This document shows, one piece after another, positions 21,104-29,137 of a stretch of DNA of 64,000 nucleotides. The stretch lies in the NCBI GenBank assembly GCA_963795855.1, contig CAWCIZ010000002.1, forward strand, positions 544,001 to 608,000, written 5' to 3'. The position numbers were made by a program, and so were the translations under genes. The DNA comes from Vulcanimicrobiota bacterium. GTDB taxonomy: Bacteria; Vulcanimicrobiota; Vulcanimicrobiia; Vulcanimicrobiales; Vulcanimicrobiaceae. The notes below the pieces were generated by a model. It searched no databases. It had not been told where the DNA came from and saw nothing but the letters and a program-made list of their open reading frames with translations. Numbering within the stretch: the first letter of the stretch is position 1; each line of letters opens with the position of its first letter.

Positions 21104-21274
21104 CTAGTAGTCGCCGTCCGGGAACACGGACTTCGGTCCGCCGAAGTCGCAGTGTGCGGAGTCATCTCCGAAGCCGGAGTTCGGGCTGCACGGGCTCGAT
21201 GCGAAACCCGTCGCTTCGCTCATGAGCGTGCTCATGTGATACGAAGTGACGATGTCAGGCTTGATATAGTCCAT
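21104..21274 (-). CDS. Putative RiPP precursor peptide, 56 aa
   Basis: Manual translation MDYIKPDIVTSYHMSTLMSEATGFASSPCSPNSGFGDDSAHCDFGGPKSVFPDGDY*; CAGGAG SD 6 nt upstream; GC3-rich codons; own terminator; below the ORF-track cutoff. Confidence 0.8.
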   Translation of the reverse strand: MDYIKPDIVTSYHMSTLMSEATGFASSPCSPNSGFGDDSAHCDFGGPKSVFPDGDY

Positions 21275-21327
21275 TACAATCTCCTGGCGTAAGCATGCCG
21301 AGAAGTAGCCTTCACGGTCATATCGCT

Positions 21328-21356
21328 AGGCTACCGCGCGGGGCGGTCCCTTGAAA
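21328..21356 (-). promoter_or_regulatory. Putative promoter of the precursor gene
   Basis: TTTCAA-N17-TAGCCT on the minus strand. Confidence 0.45.
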
Positions 21357-21477
21357 GTGCTCCGTGTATCAGCGCCGGGTGATGATTTACTTCCATGAGA
21401 ATTTGCTGAGAATCGCCGCAATGCGCAATAGGTACCCCGAAAGTCCCACACAGGCGTAGTACTGCAGGACGATATTT

Positions 21478-22647
21478 TCACGCCGCGACCGTACTGAAGA
21501 GCGGGCGGAACAGATCGAGGGTGTGAAGCCTGTGCCAATCGCGCCGTAACTCGGCCGACGTGGGCGCGCCTTCACCGCGGAGTGCCGGGCCTAAGAGCAG
21601 TGAAGGCCGCGTAATCGATGTTCCGAGATTGTGACGTGCAGCGAGCTCGTCGACCAAACCCAGCAATTTCGTCAGCGGCTCTTCCTGCGGGAACCGGCGC
21701 CGAATCAGGTCCTCAATCACCGTGCGGTCGGGTGCGCGAAGAAGCATAGCCAGCAGCAGACGCATTTCCGGCTGCTTCATGCTCTTCATCAGGCGGGTTA
21801 TCAGACGCTCGCGGTGCATTTCGCGGAACGCGCCGGCCGCCGTGCCGGCCAAGCGCGCATGCCGCCGCCGCAGCAAGGCCTGCAATTCGAGCGTTATCGC
21901 GGAGTGCAGTTCTTCGCTTGCCGCGACGCGGCAAGCCTGGTACGAATGCCACCAGTCGCCGCTTGCGACCGCCTTACGCGCGAGATCGGCGAAGAGGTAC
22001 GGGTGCGAGCGATACAGCGTGCGCATCAGTTGCAGGCGCCGCTGCGCCACGATGTCGCGCTCGACGGGGTCCCACGCCAGCCCGGGAGCGACGTAATTGA
22101 ACTGCGGCAGATGCGCGGGCTCGCTGTTGGTCCGAATTACGATGCTGACCGAAGGCGAATTCAAATGCAGCAACGCATGGATGAACGCGCCGCCGGCGTG
22201 GATGGACCGAAAGTCTCCGCGTCCGAGCACTTCCGCCGAGTCGAAGCGCAGGTCGCCGATGCAGAGTTCGCGGCAGAGCCGCTCCTCCGGCGCGAACGCG
22301 TACGTGCTGTGGAAGCTCGACCCGTGCAGTACCCCGAATACGCCTGAAAACGAGTGGTGGTGAATCGTCGTCGGCGAGTCCACCCAAAACAGGATCTCGA
22401 TGTAGAACCCGCGGCCGACATATGCGCGGATTGGGGGCTGGCCGAACTTACTCAATTTCTGGTCCGGAAGATCGAGAGCAGTCATGAACCATTCGACGAC
22501 GTCTTCGAACCGCACGCGATCGAAAACGCCGGAGTCGCCGAGCGCGTTCGTGGCGATCTCCGGAAAGGCCGCCGGATCGCAGTCTGCACCATCCCAGCGC
22601 GACTGAATCTGCTCGCCGAGCTTTTGAAAGAGCTGCATTGCCTCCAT
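21478..22647 (-). CDS. His-triad cupin (cysteine-dioxygenase-like fold) with helical C-terminal extension
   Basis: IEILFWVDSPTTIHHHSFSGVFGVLHG...FIHALLHLNSPSVSIVIR resembles the CDO pattern W-x5-6-IHxH...H. TACGCT 6 nt before ATG. Confidence 0.65.
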   Translation of the reverse strand: MEAMQLFQKLGEQIQSRWDGADCDPAAFPEIATNALGDSGVFDRVRFEDVVEWFMTALDLPDQKLSKFGQPPIRAYVGRGFYIEILFWVDSPTTIHHHSFSGVFGVLHGSSFHSTYAFAPEERLCRELCIGDLRFDSAEVLGRGDFRSIHAGGAFIHALLHLNSPSVSIVIRTNSEPAHLPQFNYVAPGLAWDPVERDIVAQRRLQLMRTLYRSHPYLFADLARKAVASGDWWHSYQACRVAASEELHSAITLELQALLRRRHARLAGTAAGAFREMHRERLITRLMKSMKQPEMRLLLAMLLRAPDRTVIEDLIRRRFPQEEPLTKLLGLVDELAARHNLGTSITRPSLLLGPALRGEGAPTSAELRRDWHRLHTLDLFRPLFSTVAA

Positions 22648-22773
22648 CCGCCAAGCGTACTGCTAAGGCGGCGCCGGCCGACGTTCCATCTGCTCTACGC
22701 GTCTATGGGTCGGCCAACCCATTTCAGGCTTTTTGGAAAGGGCAAGCGGGGCGGGCGTAAAGAAACGCGTGCC

Positions 22774-23421
22774 ATGGAACCGGACTGGCTTGCATGGCAC
22801 CGCGAGTATCGCGATCCCTCGACGAAACTTTCGGAGCGCCTGCAAATCGTGCAGCAGCGCATTCGCGAGACGGTCGACGCCGCGCAATCGCCGCAAATTC
22901 GCATCATCAGCATTTGTGCGGGACAGGGGCACGACGTCCTCGGCGCGCTCGCCGAGCATCCTCGCGCCGATGCGGTTCGAGCACGCCTGGTCGAGATCGA
23001 TTCGCGCAGCGTCGAGATGGGCCGCGTGGCGGCGGAGACGCTGCAACTGCCGGGCGTGGAATTCATCTGCGGCGATGCTTCGGTTACCGATGCGTACGCG
23101 GGCGCCGTTCCGGCGCAACTGGTCGTGTGCTGCGGCGTGTTCGGGAACATCTCGCTGGACGACGTGCGCCGGGCCATCCTGCATTTTCCGCAGCTTTGCG
23201 CGCAAGACGGTATCGTGATTTGGACGCGGCATCGTCGCGATCCCGACGTCACGCCGGAGATTCGGCAGCTCTTCACCGGCAACGGATTCAGCGAAGTCTC
23301 GTACGACGAAACGGAACGGTTCGGCGTCGGCGTCGAACGGCTGACCGATTCGCCGCAGCCGTTCAAAGCGGGGCAGCGTCTCTTTCAGTTCGGCAGCGGG
23401 CTTTGGGCCAATCGCGCGTAA
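22774..23421 (+). CDS. Class I SAM-dependent methyltransferase
   Basis: IISICAGQGHD (motif I), LVEID, GDA, CGVFGNI. Confidence 0.8.
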   Translation: MEPDWLAWHREYRDPSTKLSERLQIVQQRIRETVDAAQSPQIRIISICAGQGHDVLGALAEHPRADAVRARLVEIDSRSVEMGRVAAETLQLPGVEFICGDASVTDAYAGAVPAQLVVCCGVFGNISLDDVRRAILHFPQLCAQDGIVIWTRHRRDPDVTPEIRQLFTGNGFSEVSYDETERFGVGVERLTDSPQPFKAGQRLFQFGSGLWANRA

Positions 23422-24314
23422 GCGAGATGTGCGAATCCGTATTCCTCACGTGAAATGCGGGCGGCGTGCAGGCTAGCGCGATCGGACGAACGGGTGAAGA
23501 TGCTTGCGCCGGTCGGATCTTTCGAATAGCGCGAAAAACACCGTTCGACTTCTTCTCGGTCGACGTCTTCGGGGGCGATGCCGAGTTTCGGCAATAACTC
23601 GAAGACCGCGGCCGGATTCAGCGTGTCATAGTCGATGCAGAGCGTGCCGGGCGTGCTCATGGCGGCGGTACATTGCCACTCGAACACATCCGACCAGAAC
23701 CGGCTCGGCGAGGGATTCCAGCGCTCGGGTTTGCTCATGAGCCGGCGCATCAGCGGCACGCAGGCCGCGCGCGCCTCTTCGGAAACCTCGGCGAGTTTCG
23801 AGCCGATCACCGCTTGCGGATCGCGATAGAGAAATACGAATTGCGCGCTCGGGAATATGCCGCGCAAGGCCGGCAGAAACATCGACGCGAGATTCATGAA
23901 CTTGACGAACAGATACCGCTTCGGTGGCCCGTTCGCCGCGCAGGCGTTAATCGCGCCTCGCAACAGTTCCGCGTCGATGGGCGGCGCTAGCGCCTGCTCC
24001 AGCCGCGTCAGGGGCGGTTCCGCGAGCACCATCGCTTGCGAGACCGCTTTGAGCGCGTTCGCAAGCAGCGTCGAACCGCAATGGGAGACGTGAAAGACGA
24101 ACGTCAGCGGCACGTGCGGCGATAGTTGCGCGAAGCGGCGCAACGCGTCCCCATCAGTGACCAGTTCTTCGCAGCCGCTCTCGCTCAGCCGAGCCAAGGT
24201 TTGCCAGAAGAACGGTTCCGGCACGTCGATGTGCGGGAAACGCATCCACGTCACGCGCCGGCGCGGTCTGGCTCCGTCGATCCAGACGGGAACGAACTCC
24301 CGCGGAACGTTCAC
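23385..24314 (-). CDS. Sulfotransferase-like P-loop protein (paralog 2)
   Basis: FVFHVSHCGSTLL (5'-PSB-like) and FLYRDPQAVIGS (3'-PB-like); GTGA-coupled to paralog 1. Confidence 0.75.
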   Translation of the reverse strand: MNVPREFVPVWIDGARPRRRVTWMRFPHIDVPEPFFWQTLARLSESGCEELVTDGDALRRFAQLSPHVPLTFVFHVSHCGSTLLANALKAVSQAMVLAEPPLTRLEQALAPPIDAELLRGAINACAANGPPKRYLFVKFMNLASMFLPALRGIFPSAQFVFLYRDPQAVIGSKLAEVSEEARAACVPLMRRLMSKPERWNPSPSRFWSDVFEWQCTAAMSTPGTLCIDYDTLNPAAVFELLPKLGIAPEDVDREEVERCFSRYSKDPTGASIFTRSSDRASLHAARISREEYGFAHLAYARLAQSPLPN

Positions 24315-25288
24315 GCCCGCTGCAGTTCCCTCGAGAGCGCGTCGATGCGAGAATACGCGGCTTGCGCAGCTTCATCACGCCGCGTTGCGTCGTGCGATTC
24401 CGAGCCGAACTGCCGCGCTCCGGGGACGTCTTTGGAGTACCAGCGGAACGCTTCGCGCATCAGCGTGGCGTTGAGGTCATCTTCACGAACGCCCGCGAGC
24501 GCGAGCAGTTCGACCGCGCGTTCCGGCGTGAGATCGCGATAATTCGCGCACACCACGTCGCGCGTCAACATCGCCGCCGTGCATTCGGCTTCGAACACGG
24601 TGGACCAGCATTGCGCCGCCGAAGGATTCCAATCGTCGGGTTTGCCGAGCGCGTAGCGGATGAGCGGCATGCGCGATTGGCGCACGGCCTCGCTGACCGC
24701 ATCCTGCAGTTTCGGAATCACTTCCGCGGGATCGCGATAGAGAAAAAGAAACGGACTGTCCGGGAACAGCTCGCGAAACCGCAGCAAAAACAGGCTGGCG
24801 AGATTCATGAGTTTGATGAAGACGTAGCGCTTTGGCGGGCCGCCGTTTGCGAGCGAATTCACGGCCCCGCGAATGAGCGCGCCATGCAGATCTTCGCTGA
24901 ACGGTACGCCGGTTTGCGGGTCGCGCAAGCGCCGCAGCAACTGGCGCGGACCCAGTATCGGCGGCTCGGAAATGACGCGCGCGCCGCTTACGGTTTTGCA
25001 GGCGTTCGCGAAGAGCGTCGACCCGCAGTGCGAAACGTGAAAGATGAACGCAACCGGTGCCGCGGCGGTTTGGATGCCGCACCGCGCGAGGACGTCCGCA
25101 TCGGTGAACCGTTCGGGCTCGCTCGTGCTGATGCGCTCGATGGTTTGGCGGAACGAGGGTTCTGCGGTGCTGAAGGTGTCGTAGGGAAGCCAGCCGACCC
25201 GCAGTTGCGGGCCGTGGCGGAGAAATGATGACGCAAAACAGTCACGCATATACAAGTCGAGCATACTAGGCGGCGCGAAGGGCGTCAC
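24311..25288 (-). CDS. Sulfotransferase-like P-loop protein (paralog 1)
   Basis: FIFHVSHCGSTLF and FLYRDPAEVI. Start uncertain (25288, 25264 or 25249). Confidence 0.75.
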   Translation of the reverse strand: MTPFAPPSMLDLYMRDCFASSFLRHGPQLRVGWLPYDTFSTAEPSFRQTIERISTSEPERFTDADVLARCGIQTAAAPVAFIFHVSHCGSTLFANACKTVSGARVISEPPILGPRQLLRRLRDPQTGVPFSEDLHGALIRGAVNSLANGGPPKRYVFIKLMNLASLFLLRFRELFPDSPFLFLYRDPAEVIPKLQDAVSEAVRQSRMPLIRYALGKPDDWNPSAAQCWSTVFEAECTAAMLTRDVVCANYRDLTPERAVELLALAGVREDDLNATLMREAFRWYSKDVPGARQFGSESHDATRRDEAAQAAYSRIDALSRELQRA

Positions 25289-25310
25289 TCCTACAATGGC
25301 CTAGTCGGCC

Positions 25311-26921
25311 ATGAGCAGAGCGCACTATACCGTGCGGCCGGGCGGTGTCCGGCGCGGCGGGTGTTCCGGCGCGTGGACGGCGAAGAGACGCACCATACGC
25401 CGTTATTTTGCGCTCGTCACGATCCTGCTGCTCGCGGCAGCGTTGCGCTGCTATCATCTCGCGAGCGTGCCGACCGAACTGATCGTCGACGAGATCGACT
25501 TGTACAACTCGGTGAGCAGCATCGTTGCGACGGGGCACGACGTGGACGGTACGCTGCAGCCGTTCCTGTACTCGCAGTTTACGCGAAATCCGCCCGTGTA
25601 TGGTATCGCGTCTTACGCTTCGAGCCGCGTGCTCGGCAAGAACGCGTTCGGACTTCGCTTCCCGGCGGTGCTGTTCGGGCTTGCTGCGATCGTCTTCGTC
25701 TTTTTGCTCGTCCAGGAGATAACCCGGCGAGACGCCGTGGCGCTGCTGGCGGCGCTGTTCGTCGCGGTTGCGCCGATCTTCGTCCAATTCTCGCGCATCG
25801 GCTGGGAACCGGCCGCGGAGCTGCCGTTTCTGCTTGCCGGGTTGTATCTGCTTATGCGCGGCATTCGGCTTTCCGGGTCGAACTACGCGTTCTCCGCTAT
25901 AGCGTTGGCGATCGCGTGCTATACGTACATGACGGGGTGGTTTTACGCCGTCATTCTCGCGGGCAGCGCGCTGGCGATTCACTGGAAGAGCTTTCGTTCG
26001 TGGAAGTCCGCGCAGCCGCTACTCGGCGCGCTGGTGCTTTGGGCCGCACTTGCGGCGCCGGCGCTGTGGATGTGTTTTTTCGATCCGCTGACGGCGTCAA
26101 AGGTCTCGCGCGTATCGACGTTCTCGCACGGCGTAACGTTGGATGCACTTAAGGTCTTCATGCACAACTATGCAGCGCACTTTAGTCTTTCGTACCTCGT
26201 CGTCAACGGTGCGGCTGAGGCCGGTTCGACGTGGCGATATTTGAACGGGTTCGGTGCGTTTTATTGGTGGATTATTCCGCTTGCGGCCGCCGGGCTCGTC
26301 GCGACCTGGAGCGGTGCGTTTGACAAGCGCGTTCGCGCGTGGCTGATCGTATGGCTGCTCGCATATCCGCTTGCCGGCGCAGTGACGAACGACGGCGTGC
26401 CGAATGCGCCGCGAACGCTCGCCGGCGCTCCCGTCTTCTGTATCTTTGCCGCAATCGGCGCGTTCGATCTATACGCGTGGATTTCTACGTCCGTCGCGAA
26501 GTCGCGCCGAGTCTTGCAAATCGTTGGAGCCGCCGTACTGCTCCTGTCCGTGTTTCGGTTTTCGGCCAACTATTTCGTTTACTACGTGCACCGCAATTCA
26601 AACGCATGGGACTCGGGCACGCGCTCGATGTTCGCCGCGATCGAACGTTACCGCAGCCGTTACGAACGCGTGTGCATCTCCGTGTGGCCGGCGTGGTACG
26701 GAATCGAGTCCTACTTGCGGTTTTACATGCCGGGCGACGATGGCGTCATCACCTCGATTTCTGCGCCGGCGTGTTATTTGCCGGGGACGCTGCTGGTGAC
26801 GGACAACGATCAGCACGTTTCCCGGCATGGCTTTACGCCGCTGACCACGATTCGGGACGTAAACGGGGCAGGTTTTGCGCATATCAGCGGGCGTTCAGTC
26901 GAGTTTGCGCAGCACCGCTGA
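25311..26921 (+). CDS. ArnT/PMT-like (GT-C fold) membrane glycosyltransferase
   Basis: LRCYHLASVP...DE, FGLRFPAVLFG, FSRIGWE; many TM segments. Confidence 0.8.
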   Translation: MSRAHYTVRPGGVRRGGCSGAWTAKRRTIRRYFALVTILLLAAALRCYHLASVPTELIVDEIDLYNSVSSIVATGHDVDGTLQPFLYSQFTRNPPVYGIASYASSRVLGKNAFGLRFPAVLFGLAAIVFVFLLVQEITRRDAVALLAALFVAVAPIFVQFSRIGWEPAAELPFLLAGLYLLMRGIRLSGSNYAFSAIALAIACYTYMTGWFYAVILAGSALAIHWKSFRSWKSAQPLLGALVLWAALAAPALWMCFFDPLTASKVSRVSTFSHGVTLDALKVFMHNYAAHFSLSYLVVNGAAEAGSTWRYLNGFGAFYWWIIPLAAAGLVATWSGAFDKRVRAWLIVWLLAYPLAGAVTNDGVPNAPRTLAGAPVFCIFAAIGAFDLYAWISTSVAKSRRVLQIVGAAVLLLSVFRFSANYFVYYVHRNSNAWDSGTRSMFAAIERYRSRYERVCISVWPAWYGIESYLRFYMPGDDGVITSISAPACYLPGTLLVTDNDQHVSRHGFTPLTTIRDVNGAGFAHISGRSVEFAQHR

Positions 26922-27269
26922 GATTTCGGTTTTGGAATAGCCGCGGTGCCGCAGCTTCGTAACGAACCCTTCGACGTCGCGCCGTAGAAGCAGCGCACGC
27001 GACTGCGCATCGTCGGCGGGCGTCGATTGCGCAACGCGAGTTCCGCGGCGGCCGTCGCTGGTCAGCCAACCTGTACCTTGCAAATCGCCGTACGCGCGTG
27101 CGACGGTGTTGGGTGCGACGCCGAGGTCGTTCGCGAGTTGCCGCACCGTCGGCAATGCGTCACCCGCGTGGAGCTCGCCACGCTCGATGAAGGCGCGCAG
27201 CTGATCCGCAATCTGTTGAAACGGAGGCATATCGATCTCCGGGTCCACGGAGAGGACCAAACGGCTCAC
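26895..27269 (-). CDS. GntR-family (YtrA-like) regulator
   Basis: PPFQQIADQL...LPTVRQLANDLGVAPNTVARAY; GTGA-coupled to the upstream gene. Confidence 0.9.
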   Translation of the reverse strand: MSRLVLSVDPEIDMPPFQQIADQLRAFIERGELHAGDALPTVRQLANDLGVAPNTVARAYGDLQGTGWLTSDGRRGTRVAQSTPADDAQSRALLLRRDVEGFVTKLRHRGYSKTEISAVLRKLD

Positions 27270-28039
27270 AGCGCGAGCGGCGCGCGCGATAGGCGACGCG
27301 AATAAAGCGATTGCCACAACCAGATGCCCGCCCAGACGACGACCGCCCCAAGGATGATTCCGATGCGAACGCGATTGACGCTCGGCGGCCCTTCCACGAA
27401 GCTCGCGAAAACGAAAACGGTGCCGACCGCAAGCACGCACGTAAGCCCGGTGCGCGTTGCGCGCGTCGCACGATCGACATTCTGCTCCGCTTCGAGATCG
27501 TCGCCGAACAGCAGCGGCGGAGCGCTCGCGATACGCCATGCCACAAACGCCATCGCGGCAACGCACAGCGCCACGACGATCGCCGATAAACGATCCGATC
27601 CGCTGACGACGTAGGGAAAGAGGAAGAACGCCGACGCCGCGGTTAGCGCAATCCACGTCAATAGAACGTAATCCACGCCGCGCGAACGTCCAAGCACCGC
27701 TGCGCGCCGCCTGGGTGCGCGCTCTTCTGAAATCTGATCTGCAACCGCGCGCGTCACCATCGCCAAGCACAGAACGGCGTACGCGACCGCCGCGGGGATG
27801 AGATGCGCCAGTAAGCACCCTGCAGTCGCAAATGCGACGCAGGCAACCGCATAGCGCGGAAAAGCCGCGGTGCGCGTTCGCGCATGATCGGCACGCTGCA
27901 GGCGTTGCTGCGTACGAACTCCCGCCGGCGGTTCGCAGGCAGCTGCACCATCCGCAGAGCGCGCGGCCAGCGCCGACCGAAGGTACACAATGCCGCACAG
28001 CAGCGCAAATGCGCAAACTACCGCGCTTTCCAAGTCCAT
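27266..28039 (-). CDS. Multi-pass membrane protein
   Basis: About 7 hydrophobic segments; AAAGGAG SD. Confidence 0.75.
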   Translation of the reverse strand: MDLESAVVCAFALLCGIVYLRSALAARSADGAAACEPPAGVRTQQRLQRADHARTRTAAFPRYAVACVAFATAGCLLAHLIPAAVAYAVLCLAMVTRAVADQISEERAPRRRAAVLGRSRGVDYVLLTWIALTAASAFFLFPYVVSGSDRLSAIVVALCVAAMAFVAWRIASAPPLLFGDDLEAEQNVDRATRATRTGLTCVLAVGTVFVFASFVEGPPSVNRVRIGIILGAVVVWAGIWLWQSLYSRRLSRAPLAL

Positions 28040-28055
28040 ATTTGCGGATGCTCCT

Positions 28056-28093
28056 TTGTATCAACAGCATAACACAATGGGCGTTCGTGTCAA
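28056..28093 (-). promoter_or_regulatory. Sigma70 promoter overlapped by a YtrA-type operator
   Basis: TTGACA(28093-28088)-N16-TATGCT(28071-28066); imperfect palindrome TTGTATCA-N6-TAACACAA at 28056-28077. Confidence 0.7.
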
Positions 28094-28150
28094 GCCCCTG
28101 ATACAAACGGGCGCGCCGGCGATGTCGCTATGCGTGGGTATATGCGGCAC

Positions 28151-28615
28151 ATGGAAAATCAACCGGAAACCGCCGGTGTAATCGCTTTTCCACCGCTGAT
28201 CTACGCGATTCCGCTCGCAGCAAGCGTTGTCGTGGATCGGCTGCTGTTCAAGCGACGCATGCCGGCGGCGGCGCCCGTATTATCGATAGGATTCTTCGCC
28301 GCGGCGGCTTGGCTCGTGGCGCCGGGAGTTGCCGAATTCAAAAAAGCGGGAACGGCGATCGATCCGTTTGAGGAAACGACCGCGCTAGTCGAGTCCGGCC
28401 CTTTCGCATACACGCGCAATCCGCTCTATCTGGGCTTGACTATGGCGTACGTCGGATGTGCGCTTGCAACCCGCGCGGCGTTGCCGCTGGCGGTGTTGCC
28501 GAGCGTGCTTTGGCTGATGAACGTGGGCGTGATCGAGCGGGAAGAGCGGTATTTGCAACGCAAATTCGGCAACGCGTATCAACAGTACCGCGAGCGCGTG
28601 CCGCGCTGGGTGTGA
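28151..28615 (+). CDS. Isoprenylcysteine carboxyl methyltransferase/PEMT-family membrane protein
   Basis: LVESGPFAYTRNPLYLG...EERYLQRKFGNAYQQYRERVPRW. Confidence 0.9.
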   Translation: MENQPETAGVIAFPPLIYAIPLAASVVVDRLLFKRRMPAAAPVLSIGFFAAAAWLVAPGVAEFKKAGTAIDPFEETTALVESGPFAYTRNPLYLGLTMAYVGCALATRAALPLAVLPSVLWLMNVGVIEREERYLQRKFGNAYQQYRERVPRWV

Positions 28616-28622
28616 GTCCACA

Positions 28623-28985
28623 TCATCCGCCCTGCGCTTTTCGTTGATGCAGCGCGAAGCGGTTTCCGTCGGGGTCCTTTGCGAAACAGCTCCAGCATGG
28701 CGGAAATTCGTGAATTTCGGAGACGTCTGCACCGCCCGCGACCAGACGCGTGCGCGCCGTCCGGATGTCATCCACTTCGAAAGCGGCGCCCGTAGAGGTT
28801 CCCGGAACGATTCCGAGCGCTTCTCCCGTTCCGTCTATTGCGAACGTCGCGCTGCCGAGATCGAATTCGACCCAATCGTCGCTGACCAATTCGCCGAGCC
28901 GTAGCCCGAGCACGTCGCGGTAAAATGCGGTGGCTTTGCGTACGTCTTTAACGAAATAGGCGACGAAGGCTAACTCTTTGACCAT
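28623..28985 (-). CDS. VOC/glyoxalase-family protein
   Basis: VKDVRKATAFYRDVLG, FEVDDI, KDPDGNRFALHQ. Confidence 0.9.
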   Translation of the reverse strand: MVKELAFVAYFVKDVRKATAFYRDVLGLRLGELVSDDWVEFDLGSATFAIDGTGEALGIVPGTSTGAAFEVDDIRTARTRLVAGGADVSEIHEFPPCWSCFAKDPDGNRFALHQRKAQGG

Positions 28986-29137
28986 GAATGTATGCTTTCT
29001 TTTGTGGAAACGAGCAATGGATCTTCGAGAGCGCTGCTCACCTCGTTTGGCGTTTTTGGCGAAAACTAACGCGTTGGGTTTACGCAGAAAACGCACTTTC
29101 AGGTGTTGGCTGCCGATGAGCGGCGTGGATGACGACG

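Noticed and set aside
21104..21274. Lasso peptide assignment based on the YxxP leader and Thr22
   Set aside because: No lasso cyclase or transglutaminase-like leader peptidase in the window, and no Asp/Glu at core positions 7-9 after a T-x cut.
19706..21339. 13-bp direct repeat TAGGCTACCGCGC (19706-19718 and 21327-21339) flanking JmjC plus peptide
   Set aside because: One copy is the JmjC stop region and the other the putative -10 box; no recombinase nearby. Probably coincidental, though an insertion scar cannot be excluded.
20942..21575. ORF-track entries 20942..21292 (+), 21326..21538 (-) and 21387..21575 (-)
   Set aside because: No SD or recognisable motif; they overlap the better-supported peptide gene, its promoter or the cupin 3' end.
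26895..28106. 403-aa GntR fusion as listed in the ORF track
   Set aside because: The N-terminal extension is an off-frame reading of the membrane protein gene; the real GntR starts at GTG 27269.
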